The notes under the pieces: generated by a model
What the model was told of the DNA's origin: nothing
What the model saw: only the letters and a program-made list of their open reading frames with translations
Database searches by the model: none
Assembly: GCF_006345805.1 (NCBI RefSeq)
Contig: NC_043001.1
Coordinates: 90,086,001-90,150,000, forward strand
Direction: 5' to 3'
Source: Octopus sinensis
Taxonomy: Eukaryota
Length of the DNA: 64,000 bases
In this document: piece by piece, positions 36,232 through 50,180 of the stretch
How the letters are laid out: every line of letters starts with the position of its first letter
Position numbering within the stretch: position 1 is the stretch's first letter
Program-made: the position numbers and the translations under genes

Positions 36232-37388
36232 CAGATGGACAAAACAATGAAAACACCTTGTTAAAGGAGTTTATTATTTTAATACGGAGCTAGTCTACCC
36301 AAGGCATCAATCATAGCTTTAATATGTTGAGGAATTGACTTACACAGGTTCTGAGTGGTTATTAGGAGTACATGCTTTAGGTCTTTCAGCGATGATAGCG
36401 GAAGAGTCCTTGCACGTGCTTCTTCAAAATGCTTCATAGATGTTCGATTGAAGTGAGATCCGATGATTTGGTGGTGGCAGTGGTTGCAATACAAGAGGTC
36501 TACTTCAGTTTCGTGCTCTTTATACCAATTTTGAATAACAGTCGTGTGAATAGGCGCATTATTGTCTTGGAAAATCGTGCTACCACTAGGGAACAATGTT
36601 TGTTCCACAGGAGCAAGATCATCCAAATGCTCAGATAATCCTTGGCATTAACTATACCATGTAGCACAACTAAATCTTTTGATATCGTTGCCCAAATCAT
36701 CACCGAGCCACCCCCATGTTTCTTTGTAGGAGCCACACAGAGAGGGTTGAAGGCCTCTTTCAGCTGTCCCCAGATATAAACTCACCTAAAGTGGAACATA
36801 GGGTGATTGATGATTCCTCAGAGAAGACATTATTCCATTGAGCCATCGACACTTCGGTTAGTCTACACCCCCCCCTTTATCGGTTGATGGAGGACATAAG
36901 TTCTATGGGCCCAACTTTTTGGAGCTCATGACAAACAATTTTGGTTGACTCAGGGTTGGCAAAGATTTCGCTCTGTTGTTTCTCTTGCTGCCGAATTTCG
37001 ATGGTTTTTAGAAACAATGCTTTCTACTATTCCGTAGCCCTCTCTGTGGCTTTGCCTTCAGTTCAGAATTACTCTTGCTAGAACTGGCTTTATATTGGTT
37101 TCGGAATGTCAATATGATTTTAAAGACTGTAGCACTCGAAATATTTTAAAAAATAAAACAGTTATAGTGAACAAAGTTCTATCTGCGCTTCAACAATTTG
37201 TCTTCTGTAGAAATCAAAGTTTACGCATTTTAAGTTAATGAAATAGAAACAGCTATAATAAAGAAAGTGTTATGTGATAAGTTACAAGGTATACATAATG
37301 CATGTGAATTCATAGTTTTGAATTTGTCATATTTTCAATAAAAAATATTTAACTAAAAAGTGGTATTTCCATTATTTTGCCCAATACC
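36232..37388 (-). mobile_element. Decayed Tc1-family transposon with both TIRs
   Basis: Minus-strand frames contain PTKKHGGGSVMIWA and IFQDNNAPIHT (Tc1 KHGGGSVMVWG and FQQDNAPxH). Imperfect TIRs TA|CAGATGGACAAAACAATGAAAACACC (36230) and GGTATTTCCATTATTTTGCCCAATACC|TA (37362-37390). Confidence 0.88.
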
Positions 37389-37393
37389 TACGC

Positions 37394-37486
<93 letters not shown>

Positions 37487-38484
37487 AGTACATATATCTT
37501 ATAATATAAACAAGACAAGAAATCTGAACCGAATTATCGAAGCGTGTATGTGTGTGTGTGTGTGTCCTTCGATATTTTATTTAACTCATATCAGCAACAG
37601 AGTGTTTAGTGGAGGGCGTAGGGAAGCAGCTGAATATATATGAAAACAGTCATGAACACTTAATTTGAACAAAGATATGAATCGGTGTGTGTGTGTGTGT
37701 GTGTGTTGCGTGTATACGTTTTTTATGCCTTAAACTAAGGCAGATTAACGCGGTTGAAGTTCAGTTTAAACGTCTCTCAAGGGAAAAGTTGGGTGGTAAC
37801 AGATTTCCTAAACGCTGATTTTTATGTGAAGTGTTTAATGAGGAGCAGTAGTGGAGGAAATACAGCGTGAGTGTCAAAATGAAGGGAGAACTTGGGTGCC
37901 GTAGATTTGTAACTAGTTAGCTCCCGGAAAAAAAACCTTTATTGTAACTGTAGAATAGGCAGTGACAAGAGTGTCTATGGTTAAGACTTTGGGAGAAAAT
38001 TTTGCATGTGGGAACAAGATTGTTTTCGGGACCAGACACAGTAAAAGGATCTCTTTTTTAAAACTAAGAGGAGTTGTGATTTATTTACTTATGCATTTTG
38101 GAAGTGTGTTGTCAGATATTAATATACCCTTCTTTCACTCTCTTGGACCCAGGTCGATGTATCTCTCATGGGTCCTGCTGTGGATAAGACGGCGCAGTAA
38201 GTCTTTACTAATTAATTAATTGACTGCCTTTAAATGGGATCTAGGATGTAGGTGTGCAGCAACAGGAATAGCGGTGGCTGGGGTAGCAATGGCAGCACTG
38301 CCTCATATGTAGGAGTAGTTCTCCATTCTAGAGTTTACGTGAAGAGTATCAGTGAGATGATCAGAGCTGAAATATTCAACAATCTTGAAACAAGGAAGAG
38401 AGTCTTTGGCAGCGGTCCCTAACCTATTTTGTGTTTCAGACTTGTTTCATGCAAGACAATTTTTCCACGGACTAGGGTATCAAA

Positions 38485-38834
38485 TGGGTAAATAGGTGAA
38501 GCCCCGCTTCGGCCATGAATGACTGTGGGATTGCATTTAGGAAGTTAACCTCCGAGGCACAAGTCTGGGCAGGTTTGTTTTATGGAAGACCAGCAGTTGC
38601 CGATGCATACCAGCCTCCTTCTCTCAACGCCACCGATGTTATCCAAGGGAAAGGAAAGGCTGATACAGCTTGGCACCAGTGACATTGCAACTCATTTCTA
38701 CAGCTCAGTAAACAAGAGCAACGTGAAATAAAGTGTCTTCCTCAAGAGCACGACACACAGATCGGTTCCGGAATCGAACTCACTACCTCATGATTGTGAG
38801 TCCGACACTCTAACCACTGAGTCATGCGTCTTCA
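38485..38834 (-). mobile_element. SINE family C, full-length
   Basis: Collinear with 22960-23286; minus-strand head GTGAAGACGCATGACTCAGTGGTTAGAGTGTCGG..GTGAGTTCGATTCC. Confidence 0.88.
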
Positions 38835-39043
38835 CTGCCGGGGTATCACATGCATAAAAAATTGCATAACAAAAAGTGCATAGCTATATAATTTAATTAT
38901 TACTTATATGATACATACATAGATACATACATACATACATGCTAACATACATACATACATACATACATACATACATACATACATACATACATACATACAT
39001 ACATACATACATACATACATAAATGCATATATATATATGTTGG

Positions 39044-39236
39044 TTTCAAATTTTGGCTCAAGGCTAGCAATTTCGGAGATAGGGCTAAGTCGTTTATACC
39101 GATCCATTGCTGAATTGGTATTTATTTTATCGACCACGAAAGGATGAAAGGCAAAGTCGATCCCAGTAGCATTTGAATTCAGAACATGAAGACGAACGAA
39201 ATGCTGCTAAGCATTTTACCCGGCGTGCTAACGATT
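39044..39236 (-). mobile_element. SINE family A split by the LTR element; its last ~20 nt lie at 41235-41254
   Basis: The SINE reads ..CCCGGCGTGCTAACGATT| at 39236 and resumes |GATTATACCAGCTTGCCACC at 41235 (family consensus ..AACG(A/T)TTCTGCCAGCTCGCCGCC). Confidence 0.85.
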
Positions 39237-41234
39237 TGTAGTGGCTTCATGAAGGCAAAGCGTGAATTCAATCGATAGCCAAATTCCACTTAACAGTTCA
39301 ACAGCACTTTTCTCACGGTAAAACAACAGTGTTTCTGTGAGTGACAGCAGTTACGTTTACCAGATGCCTTCGCTAAGCAGAATTCTTTGCCACTTGACAC
39401 TTCTAACCTCTTCTAGGCTACCAAAAGTTAGTGAACAGAGATCAACAAGAGTCATGGCCACAAGCAGGCAGCCACTTGAGAGTCACGATTACAATTGGTG
39501 ACCTGACGTTCCACCATAACAGGCATCGATTACAATTTATTTTCTTGTAGTTGGTTTGGTTGTAACCTTCTTTCTCTCTCTGGCCGTTTGGAAGGCTGCG
39601 CGATTACAATTGGTGTCCCTGACTAAAAAGAACTACTTCCTTCTGATGCTACATGCCACTGCATTTTGCTAATCTCCGAGCTAAAGAATGACAACCTTCG
39701 TCACCAGTAAGGTGCACCTTCGTTCGACTTGTTACAGTGCGCGCAACAGAAAGCACTATACTGCAATGCAAACTGCGATTAACTTCACTATAATGCAAGC
39801 CTGCCGGCGCACAAAGAGTTCGATGACCATGCAACCTCAATTTAACTGGAAAAAAATACGGAAGCCCGCACATGCAACCTTTTCGGCACATACACGCTTT
39901 TCGTCTCGTCCCGACGTACAGACCCTGCATTGTCTACGAACTTTTGCACGTATCTAAGACTCTCATATAGATTCTCAACAGCTCTTTTTCTTTCCATGCG
40001 CATCTTTTTATTACTTTCAGCAGTAGACTTTTAACAAAGGACACTATTTTCAACTAAGTTTTCCACTTCTTGTTTATTCATTTCTGTACCGTTCATTTCT
40101 TTTGCTGCACCACACAACTTTCATACATGTACTTGCATACTAACACTGTCACACTCATGTACCACACCATGCCTTTCTCGCTTGTCTTTCATGCTCTCTG
40201 CGTCCTTGTAGACACAACTTGTCTCTGTAAGACACTAGGTCGGTTACGTATACATAGAGAAAATTGTTGCTTACAACGCACCAGCATGCCTCACTTTTGC
40301 TCTTGCATATTTGAAGACATTTAATAGCTCATGCATCAGCTGGCATATCCAGCACTGCCTCAATCACTGGCATATTTAACACTGTTTTGTATTTATAATC
40401 AATACACTAGCATACTGCATAGCCTTGCGCATCCATTTGCGCACACACATGCACCTCTATTATGCCTACTACCTTGTTTTCAATACATCTTTGCCAGCTC
40501 AGCTCAGCTCTTTTCCCGTCTCAATGCACGTCGGATGTTCACATGCTCTCTGCGCTCATGTTAGACATAATTTCCCTCTGTTCGACCCCTGTTTGGTCAC
40601 GTAATGAATGGAGAAAATTACCTGTCTCGCACATCACTCCAGGATGCTATACTGTCGTTCTTGCTAACCTCAGCAATTACCCACGACAATAACGCCAGAC
40701 ACATTTCACTTCTGAAAAACCTTCAAGGCATTTCATACACTGCAATTCTGTAGGAAGATCTACCATATCATGGATTGAGAATACACTGACTCGCTCACCT
40801 GAGTTTATTTTACAGTGAATTTTGATATGTGCACCAGCACTCGTGTATACGCCCTCACGCCATGCATTTCTTTCTCTTCTGCGATCGTTCGTTTCCTTTG
40901 CTCAGAACCTCTCGGGGGTGGGGGTGGAGAGTGATGTAGTGGCTTCATGCAGGCATAGCGTGAATTCGGTCCTCGATAGCCAAATTTCACTTAACAGTTC
41001 AACAGCACTTTTCTCACGGTAAAACAATAGTTTTTCTGTGACAGCAGTTACATTTACCAGATGCCTTCGCTAAGCAGAATTATGTCTTTCCCACTTGACA
41101 CTTCTAACCTCTTCTGGCCACCAAAAGTTAGTGAACGGAGATCAACAAGAGTCATGGCCACAAGCAGGCAGCCACTTGAGAGCCACGATTACAATTGGTC
41201 ATCTGACGTTCCACCATAACATGCATCGATTACA
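39237..41234 (+). mobile_element. Non-autonomous LTR retroelement (1998 bp), probably Gypsy-derived
   Basis: Direct repeats 39237-39534 and 40935-41234, both TGTAGT...ATTACA. 4-bp TSD GATT. Purine-rich PPT GGGGGTGGGGGTGGAGAGTGA directly before the 3' LTR. tRNA-Trp-like PBS motifs TGGTGACC(..)GACGT. No intact gag or pol frame. Confidence 0.9.
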
Positions 41235-41364
41235 GATTATACCAGCTTGCCACCTTATATAATACATATACGTGTAATACATAGTACGTATATAGTGCAA
41301 AAACACCCTGCAGACTGCAATAGTTATTAAAAGAGATATAAAATTCAAAATTAATTCTTTCTGG

Positions 41365-41415
41365 TACGGCCCAGTATAAAATGATCCAGGGTCCAGCGGT
41401 TGGGGTCCCCTGGTC
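41365..41415. mobile_element. Probable hAT/Charlie-type MITE terminus
   Basis: GGTCCAGCGGTTGGGGTCCCCTG resembles Charlie-type ends (GGTTGGGGACCCCTG). No partner TIR was found. Confidence 0.35.
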
Positions 41416-41989
41416 TATGGGATGCAGTTTTCTATGTTTAATCTGAGATTTCCGGGGATGTGTGTGCATGTATGGTAGCGGCGGTGAGAGATCATAATTG
41501 TTTGTGAGACCTAAAAACTTGCATCAACTTTGCTGGTTTTTAATGGTTGAATTATCCCCCCTAACGTCTAGAGAGTATAAGGTACAAAGATTGTTGCAAT
41601 CGAAATCAACTTTATATATGTTCTGTTACGATTGACCTATGTGCAGCATAAATCTCAATTAGCAATTTACGAAAAACAAAATAAACAAACAGCAACAACA
41701 GAAACAACAGAAACAATAAAATAAAATAGCCCACAACCTACATTGCTGCTCTTTACTCAACGAGATTTACCTCAGTCCCACTCCCCCCACTACATACCCG
41801 ACCACCGCTACACATATTGAAATGTCTTATCTAGAGCTAGCAACACACAATAGATCTCAGTACGTAATATCTCTCCCCCCCCCCCCATCAATACTTTTCA
41901 GAGATAATCTGCTTTTGCAGAGTGTTTGTCAGTCAGTTTTTTCAACGTTTAGTATTTATGTAGTGTTTTTCTTAATTGCTGCCGCGGAC

Positions 41990-42445
41990 TGTTTATGTAT
42001 GTATGTATGTGCGTATGTATGTATGTATGTATGTATGTATGTATGTATGTATGTATGTATGTATGTATGTATGTATGTATGTTTGTGTGTGTGTATGTTT
42101 GTATGTTTGTGTGTGTGTGTATGTTTGTATGTTTGTGTGTGTGTGTGTGTGTGTGAGTGAATGTATGTATGTATGTATGTATGTATGTATGTTTGTATGT
42201 TTGTGTGTGTGTGTGTGTGTGTGAGTGAATGTATGTATGTATGTATGTATGTATGTATGTATGTATGTATGTGTGTGTGTGTGTGTATGTTTGTGCGTGC
42301 GTGCGTGCGTGTGTATGTATGTATGTACGTAAACATGTGCGCGTCTGTATGCGCGTGTGTGTGTGTGAATGTGTGTTGGAGTGTATGTATATATTTATGA
42401 ATGTTTTTATATAGGTGTATACATGTATGTATGTATGTATGTATA
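41990..42445. repeat. Compound (TATG)n/(TG)n microsatellite field
   Basis: Read directly. Confidence 0.95.
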
Positions 42446-43218
42446 TCTATGTATTTATAGACGTTTGTATAAATATTTGTGTGTGCCTGTATAAACACGC
42501 ACATAAAATATACACTTGACAAACAACATTAGATGTATGTGTGTGTGTACACAAACGCGCGCTTGTCTGTGTGTGTGTGTGTGTGTACAAACATATGCAC
42601 TGTTAGTGGATGCGTGTTTGCGTGTTCATTTGTCTGTGTAGGTTTATATATGATGTGTGTGTATACGTGTGTATGTGTCTATGTGTGTGTGCACGCGTGT
42701 TTGTGCATATATATCATCATAGGTACTAGAAAATATGCCTAACATCTTAATAAAGCAAACTTACACATCATTTTATTGAATAAATACCATATGTTTAGAT
42801 AAGAGTATATCATGTTTATCATTAGTGTAGAAAAAGTATAAGCTATTCAATGAAAAGAAAAAAAAAATTACCTAGAAAACGAGCCCCCACCCAACCAAAA
42901 AAACCCCTCTGGAGTCGGTTTAATATATTCGTTAATTTATAACACACTTTCAACATAAAAAATGGGAAGCGGAATATGTCGACGAATAACACTATGTAAG
43001 CTGACGAACGAACGAACCACGCGAATGCAGCCTAATTGCTTAAAATGGCGTAGCAGTGTTATATAATATAATAATAACCTTGTCTTACTTTCTTTTTATT
43101 TCATCCCCTTCTTGTTTACAACGGTGATCGTCTGCTTTTTTCTTTTTTTAATTGATTTCTTGTAATGACACACAATATCGCAACATCTTCAAGGGAGTGC
43201 TATCACTGTCGATCGAAG

Positions 43219-43266
<48 letters not shown>

Positions 43267-43625
43267 ATCCTTCACCACCGTCACTACATAAATTGACGTG
43301 AAGACGTAGGGGGGGAAAACATTAAATGCCACAAGGTATTACTTATACAGTTTCGAGCGGTTAATTGTTGAAGAAATCGTCAGTTATTTATTGATTTGTA
43401 CTGAAACACGATGTCACCATTTATTCGGGCGAGTGCTATCGCCACCGGTCAAATGATTTCTTTACCAACCACTACCAGCACCACATAACTTGAAGCGAAG
43501 ATACAGAAAGATTGAATTAAATACCACAAGGTATTAATTATACAGTTTTCAACTAACAAAATAAGCTATGAAACAACTGTAAATAAATTGTGTTTAAGCC
43601 CTTCGTACATATGTATATATATACA

Positions 43626-43856
43626 TGTGTGTGTGTGTGTATGTTTATGTGTTTGTGTTTGTCTTCCCAACATCGCTTGACAACCGATGGAGGTGTGTTT
43701 ACGGCCCCGTAACTTAGCGGTCCGGCAAAAGAGACCGATAGAATAAGTACTAGGCTTACAAAGAGTAAGTCCTGAGGTCGATTTGCTCGACTAAAGGCGG
43801 TGCTCCAGCATGGCTACAGTCAAATGACTGAAACAAGTAGAAGAGTAAAAGAGTAA
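43626..43856 (+). mobile_element. SINE family B 3' half
   Basis: (TG)n..CATCGCTTGACAACCGATGG..TTAGCGGTCCGGCAAAAGAGACCGATAGAATAAGTAC..GGCGGTGCTCCAGCATGG..AAGAGTAAAAGAGTA. Confidence 0.85.
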
Positions 43857-44166
43857 ATTAAGAAGAGGCTAAACATGAGGTCTCCGTTGAATACCCTGGA
43901 AAGTGAAACGAGAGTGCTTTCGATCTTATTCCAAGGGAACTCCGCTGAAAATTTAAGGAGGGTATAATGTATTTCTTGCTTGTTTTTGAGAAAGGGGAGG
44001 GCTCCATCAGATATCCATGAACTTCCTCTCGGCTCTCCGGGATCTACAACGTTGTACCAGCGGATCCTCGCTCACCTCCTTAAGGCTTGGTTACACACAC
44101 ACACACACAAACATACACACATGAATACACACACATACACACAAGTGTATATGTAAGTATGAACAC

Positions 44167-44338
44167 AGGCGTAGGAGTGGCTGTGTGATAAGTAGCTTGC
44201 TTACGAACCACATGGTTCCTGGTTCAGTCCCACTGCGTGGCACCTTAGGCAAGTGTCTTCTGCTACAACCTCGGGCCGACCAAAGCCTTGTGAGGGGATT
44301 TGGTAGAGGGAAACTGAAAGAAGCCCGTCGTATTTATG

Positions 44339-44406
<68 letters not shown>

Positions 44407-44584
44407 ATATGTTTGTGTGTCTATGTTTATACCCCCAACATGGCTTGACAACCGATGCGGGTGTGTTTACGTCCCCGTAACTTAGCGGTTCGGCAAAATA
44501 GACCGATAGAATAAGTACTAGACTTACAAAGAATAAGTCTTGGGGTCGATTTGCTCGACTAAAGGTGGTGCTCTAGCATGGCCA
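44167..44584 (+). mobile_element. SINE family B, near full-length
   Basis: Head AGGCGTAGGAGTGGCTGTGTG; GGCACCTTAGGCAAGT; internal (TA)n(TG)n at 44333-44425; 3' end clipped after CTAGCATGGCC. Confidence 0.88.
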
Positions 44585-45034
44585 TGAGGATAACTTTCGT
44601 TGGACACCTGAAGGACGAAAAATAAAACCTGCCATAGGGCAGTTGAACTCAGTACAGTGAAAAGCCATCCAACAGCTGGGATTGTGTAACCCCTCCACTC
44701 TAGGAATTTGTTTAGAGTTTTCTCTTGGAGTAGGAAATTTCGAAATATCACCTGTCTTCTGGACTACTTGGCTTTGTATGTCTTATCTCTGTTGTGCAAG
44801 GTGTTATTGACTTTAAATTTCAACACGGTCATTATCGATAGGCGTTGTCATTAATATCAAGGATAAGATAATTTATCAGTGATGGTCATGAGGATGACCT
44901 TCGACGTGGTTGAATAGCCAATACCGACAAGTCGGAATTCACAATATGGTTTGAACTATTTACCTTTGCGATCATTTAATACAAATCGTGGCTTTGAGTG
45001 AGTTTCCTGAGTCACGATCTCACCGTTGTACGCT

Positions 45035-45192
45035 TATCCGTCACAGGGTTACTTATTTATAGCTGAGTGGACTGGAGCAATGTGAAGCAAAGTGTTTTGC
45101 TCAAGAACACAACGCACAACCAGTCTTGGAATCGAAACTACAATCTCGTGAGCGTGAGTACAACACCCTAACCACTAGGCGACGAGCCTTCA
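45035..45192 (-). mobile_element. SINE family C head/CORE fragment
   Basis: AGCTGAGTGGACTGGAGCAATGTGAAGCAAAGTGTTTTGCTCAAGAACACAACG..GGAATCGAAAC..CCCTAACCACTAGGC. Confidence 0.75.
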
Positions 45193-45299
45193 TACACGCC
45201 GACGAATATGTATGCGCGTGCCTACGAGTTGACAGTTACCAAGAATGCACATATGCTTGTAGGCATGCATGCACACATATATCATATATATATACATGC

Positions 45300-46697
<1,398 letters not shown>

Positions 46698-46709
46698 TAT
46701 ATATATATA

Positions 46710-47346
46710 CTAGCAGTATCGCCCGGCGTTGCTCGGGTTTGTAAGGGAAATAACTATATAAGCATTTTTAGAGAGTTATAGCCAAAAAATAGCAAAAAAT
46801 GCATTAAAAATGGAAAAAATATGATGGTAAATTTTTTTTAAATCGTTGGCTCATCGTAGACATTTTTAGAGAGTTACTTCCCTTATATAATAGCGAAAAA
46901 TGCATTAAAATGGAAAAAAAAACGATGGTAAATTTTTTTTTAAATCGTAGACTCATGTAGACGCTTTCTTAGCCATTTCTGTTTTGGTGTCTTCAAGCCA
47001 TGAAGTCGTTGTTCTAAAAGAACATTGGTCTCCTTGACAACGCATTACGACGTTGATTTCCTTACACTCCCTTCCCCACAGGTGCAGGTGTGAGCGTGGA
47101 CGCCAACTCCGCCGCCATCGACACACGAAAAATTATGCATTAAAAATGGAATAAAAAATGATGTTAAATTATTTTTAAAATCGTAGACTCATCGTAGACG
47201 CGCGCTAATATTCAGACGGGCTCGATATGAATCACGACTATAAGTTACCCGAATTTGGTTAAACTGTACCACAAAATGTGGGAGTAGTTAGGAATCTAAA
47301 TCGAAGGGGACAGACACTCACACAACTACAGTTTTATATATATAGA
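46710..47346 (-). mobile_element. Non-autonomous Helitron 2 (same 3' end as Helitron 1, different 5' end)
   Basis: 3' end nearly identical to that at 45405 (plus strand CTAGCAGTATCGCCCGGCGTTGCTCGGG). Minus-strand 5' end A|TCTATATATATAAAACTGTAG at 47346. Confidence 0.85.
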
Positions 47347-47359
47347 TATACATAGCGCA

Positions 47360-47745
47360 GTAGTGGTGAGATATGACAGCAAAGAAAAGCATACATTCAC
47401 TCTCTGCATGCAATTAGACTCGGAAAGTTCGTGAGGAACCCATTGACCCAATTTGCTGACTTTTCCGATAGCACACAGGTGTCAATGAATGGTTGAATGA
47501 CCAAATCCAAGCTTCTCTGCTAGTTCCTCAACAGTTACGATGATATTTTGTTCCACCAGGGTTTTCAGGATGTCCTTGTCGAGTTCTACAGATCTTTGAG
47601 GATGAGGCTCGTCTTCTAGGCTGTAGTTTATGGCTCGGGATTTCTGGAACCACCATTGACACTGCCTTATGCTTATTGTCCAATCCCCATATACTGCATT
47701 AATATTTCTTGTACTTTGCACACATTTATATTCTGTTATTCTTTT
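47360..47745 (-). pseudogene. mariner transposase N-terminal fragment
   Basis: RNINAVYGDWTISIRQCQWWFQK..SLEDEPHPQRS..TVEELAEKLGFGHSTIH, then IGKVSKLGQWVPHELSESN, matching the mariner HTH and WVPHEL motif. Confidence 0.88.
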
Positions 47746-47899
47746 ATATGTTTCAGCCTTGAGGTTGTGGCCATGCTGGATCATGTGTGTGTGTGCGTGT
47801 GTGTGTGTGTCTATCTGTCTGTCTGTATGTATGTATATATGTATATGTATGTGTGTGAACAATAATATTTTCAACAGATGTGTTGCAAATGTATCTGAT

Positions 47900-48042
47900 T
47901 GTTCTCAAGCTTCAATACTGTGTGTGTGTGTATGTGTGTGTGTGTATGTATGTATGTATATGTATGTATGTATGTATATGTATGTATGTATGTATGTATG
48001 TGTGTATGTATGTATGTGTGTGTGTATGTATGTGTGTGTGTA

Positions 48043-48073
<31 letters not shown>

Positions 48074-48105
48074 ATGTATGTATGTATGTATGTATGTATG
48101 AGTGT
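47900..48105. repeat. Compound (TG)n/(TATG)n microsatellite
   Basis: Read directly. Confidence 0.95.
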
Positions 48106-48279
48106 ATGTTTACTTTATTACTAATTACTCTCTTCCAAGAACATTTTCACTCACTCTTAGCTCTTAGCTTCCCATACATTTTACTCATATATCTATCAGC
48201 GTCATAGACAGAATACTTTCACTTTAGTCTTCCTCAAATCACTCTGTCGCTATTTACTTTCATTTTATTCGTTGCCCAC

Positions 48280-48523
48280 TGTGTGTGTGCGTTTGCGTGT
48301 GGTGTAAACCAGACTAAAAAAAGCATTTGACACACACAACAGAATGTGAGTTTTCTGTAAATTTTGCTTAATTGGAGTTTAAATTTTAAAAACTGGACCT
48401 GGCATGACGCGATGCATTGTACTCTTAAAATTGCTAGGTAAATTGTAATTGAAGAAATCCTATATTGTAGATTTGTATAACTCCCAAAGGGAGGCAGATA
48501 AAATCTGCCTTTTATAATAAGAG
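48280..48523 (-). mobile_element. Isolated 5' portion of the Helitron 1 subfamily
   Basis: Collinear with 46450-46697, including the end GGCAGATAAAATCTGCCTTTTATAATAAGAGA|T. No 3' CTAG end nearby. Confidence 0.8.
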
Positions 48524-48535
48524 ATATATACATAT

Positions 48536-48566
<31 letters not shown>

Positions 48567-48764
48567 TGTTGAAATAGACCCCCCCCCCCAAAAAAAAAAC
48601 GACGAAGGTAGGTATATGAAGTTTGCCGCTCGGGAAAAGGAAAAAGGAATAAGAGAAAATAAACAAAGAGAGAATGAAAAAGAACTTGTAGATTTCATCG
48701 GTCAAGTATGGCGAGTGATTAGAAAAAAACGTTTGAAAGAAGAGGTTGAAAGAAAGGGAGATGA

Positions 48765-48825
<61 letters not shown>

Positions 48826-48866
48826 GTCTATTTGACTGTCTGTCTATATATATTCTTTTTTATTCG

Positions 48867-49044
48867 TTTACTTGTTTCAATCATTTGACTGCGGCCATGC
48901 TGGAGCACCGTCTTTAGTCGAACAAATAAACCCCAGGGCTTTTTTTTTCAAGCCTAGTACTTATTCTATCGGTATCTTTTGCCGAACCGCCAAGTTACGG
49001 GGACGTAAACACACAAACGTCAGTGTCAAGAGATGGTGCGGGGA

Positions 49045-49123
<79 letters not shown>

Positions 49124-49208
49124 TATATGATGGGCTCCTTTCAATTTCCGTCTACCAAATCTACTCGCAAGGCTGTGGTCGGCCCAAGGCTATAGTAGAA
49201 GAAACTTA
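48867..49208 (-). mobile_element. SINE family B, 5'-truncated
   Basis: TTTACTTGTTTCAATCATTTGACTGCGGCCATGCTGGAGCACCG..(CA)n..GGGCTCCTTTCAATTTCCGTCTACCAAATC..GGCTATAGTAGAAGA. Confidence 0.85.
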
Positions 49209-49479
49209 CAAATCTGCACATATACATACATGCATACATACATACATACATACATACATACATACATACATACATACATACATACATACATACATACATG
49301 TATATTCGCAGACAGAAACACGTGTATATGCATGTATGTATGTTAGATGTATGTTTTGTATTTATACATGAAAGATGTTCTTGATGGAATAATATATCCT
49401 AGAACAGCCAGTTAAATATTTTATATTTCTGTATCTATCAAAATCTGGTTTGTGCATTCCATCGTCTTTAGGTGCTATT

Positions 49480-49960
49480 TGTCTCCTACATGTAATGCAT
49501 ACACCTAGGTTAGCACAGAACCTATTAAAATCTATATCTAACGCACTGCTTTACACTGTCAAAGACCTTGCGTTTGGGCACTGTTATATCACAATCCACC
49601 ATTAATAACCTCTATCCCTCGCAAGGCATTTCTTTGTTTAGTGATGTTATAATGTGCAGCATAATAAAGGCGCGTGTCCTAATTTTTTGGGTCTTTAGTC
49701 TATGAGCTTAAGATTGCGGGTTCACTCGCAAGACCGGGTATCACGTTCTTGTCATTCAGGAAAGCGATGGTATCTCCAAACGTCATGTACTGTCTTTTCA
49801 CCCTCCTTTTTCTTCTACTGCATGGTCTCTCATTCTCGGCGCTTGTTTACCTAGAACCACCTACTTTCAAGCACTGCTGTCTTACTCGTTCATTTCTCCT
49901 CCTTTCTGGCACCTATAATCTGCCCTATCCACCCAACCACCGTCAGGTTTCGCAGTCATC
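49480..49960 (-). pseudogene. Highly decayed LINE reverse-transcriptase segment (RTE-like)
   Basis: Minus-strand YMTFGDTIAFL (compare xxxxADDIxLL), followed by KRKVFDSVKQCV. Many stops and frameshifts. Confidence 0.4.
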
Positions 49961-49964
49961 ATAA

Positions 49965-50180
49965 CACCCTATGGTAGAGACGCTGGACTTAGTTGTTAGG
50001 TAGCTGGACTCATGAACGTAAGATTGTGGTTTCGATTCCTGGACCGGGTGATGTGTTATGTTCTTGGGCAAAACACTTCATCTCACGTTGCTCCAGTCTA
50101 CTCAGTAATCCTGTGACGGAGTGGCATCTTGTCCAGGGAGGACTATACACAAGTGATACCAGGAAACCATCCTTATGCTT
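49965..50180 (+). mobile_element. SINE family C-related copy, diverged
   Basis: GTGGTTTCGATTCCTGGACCGGG..GTTCTTGGGCAAAACACTTCATCTCACGTTGCTCCAGTCTACTCAG. Confidence 0.7.

Noticed and set aside
43345-43385. Minus-strand CUGACGA...CGAAAC motif
   Set aside because: No stem II and no stem I pairing; consistent with chance.
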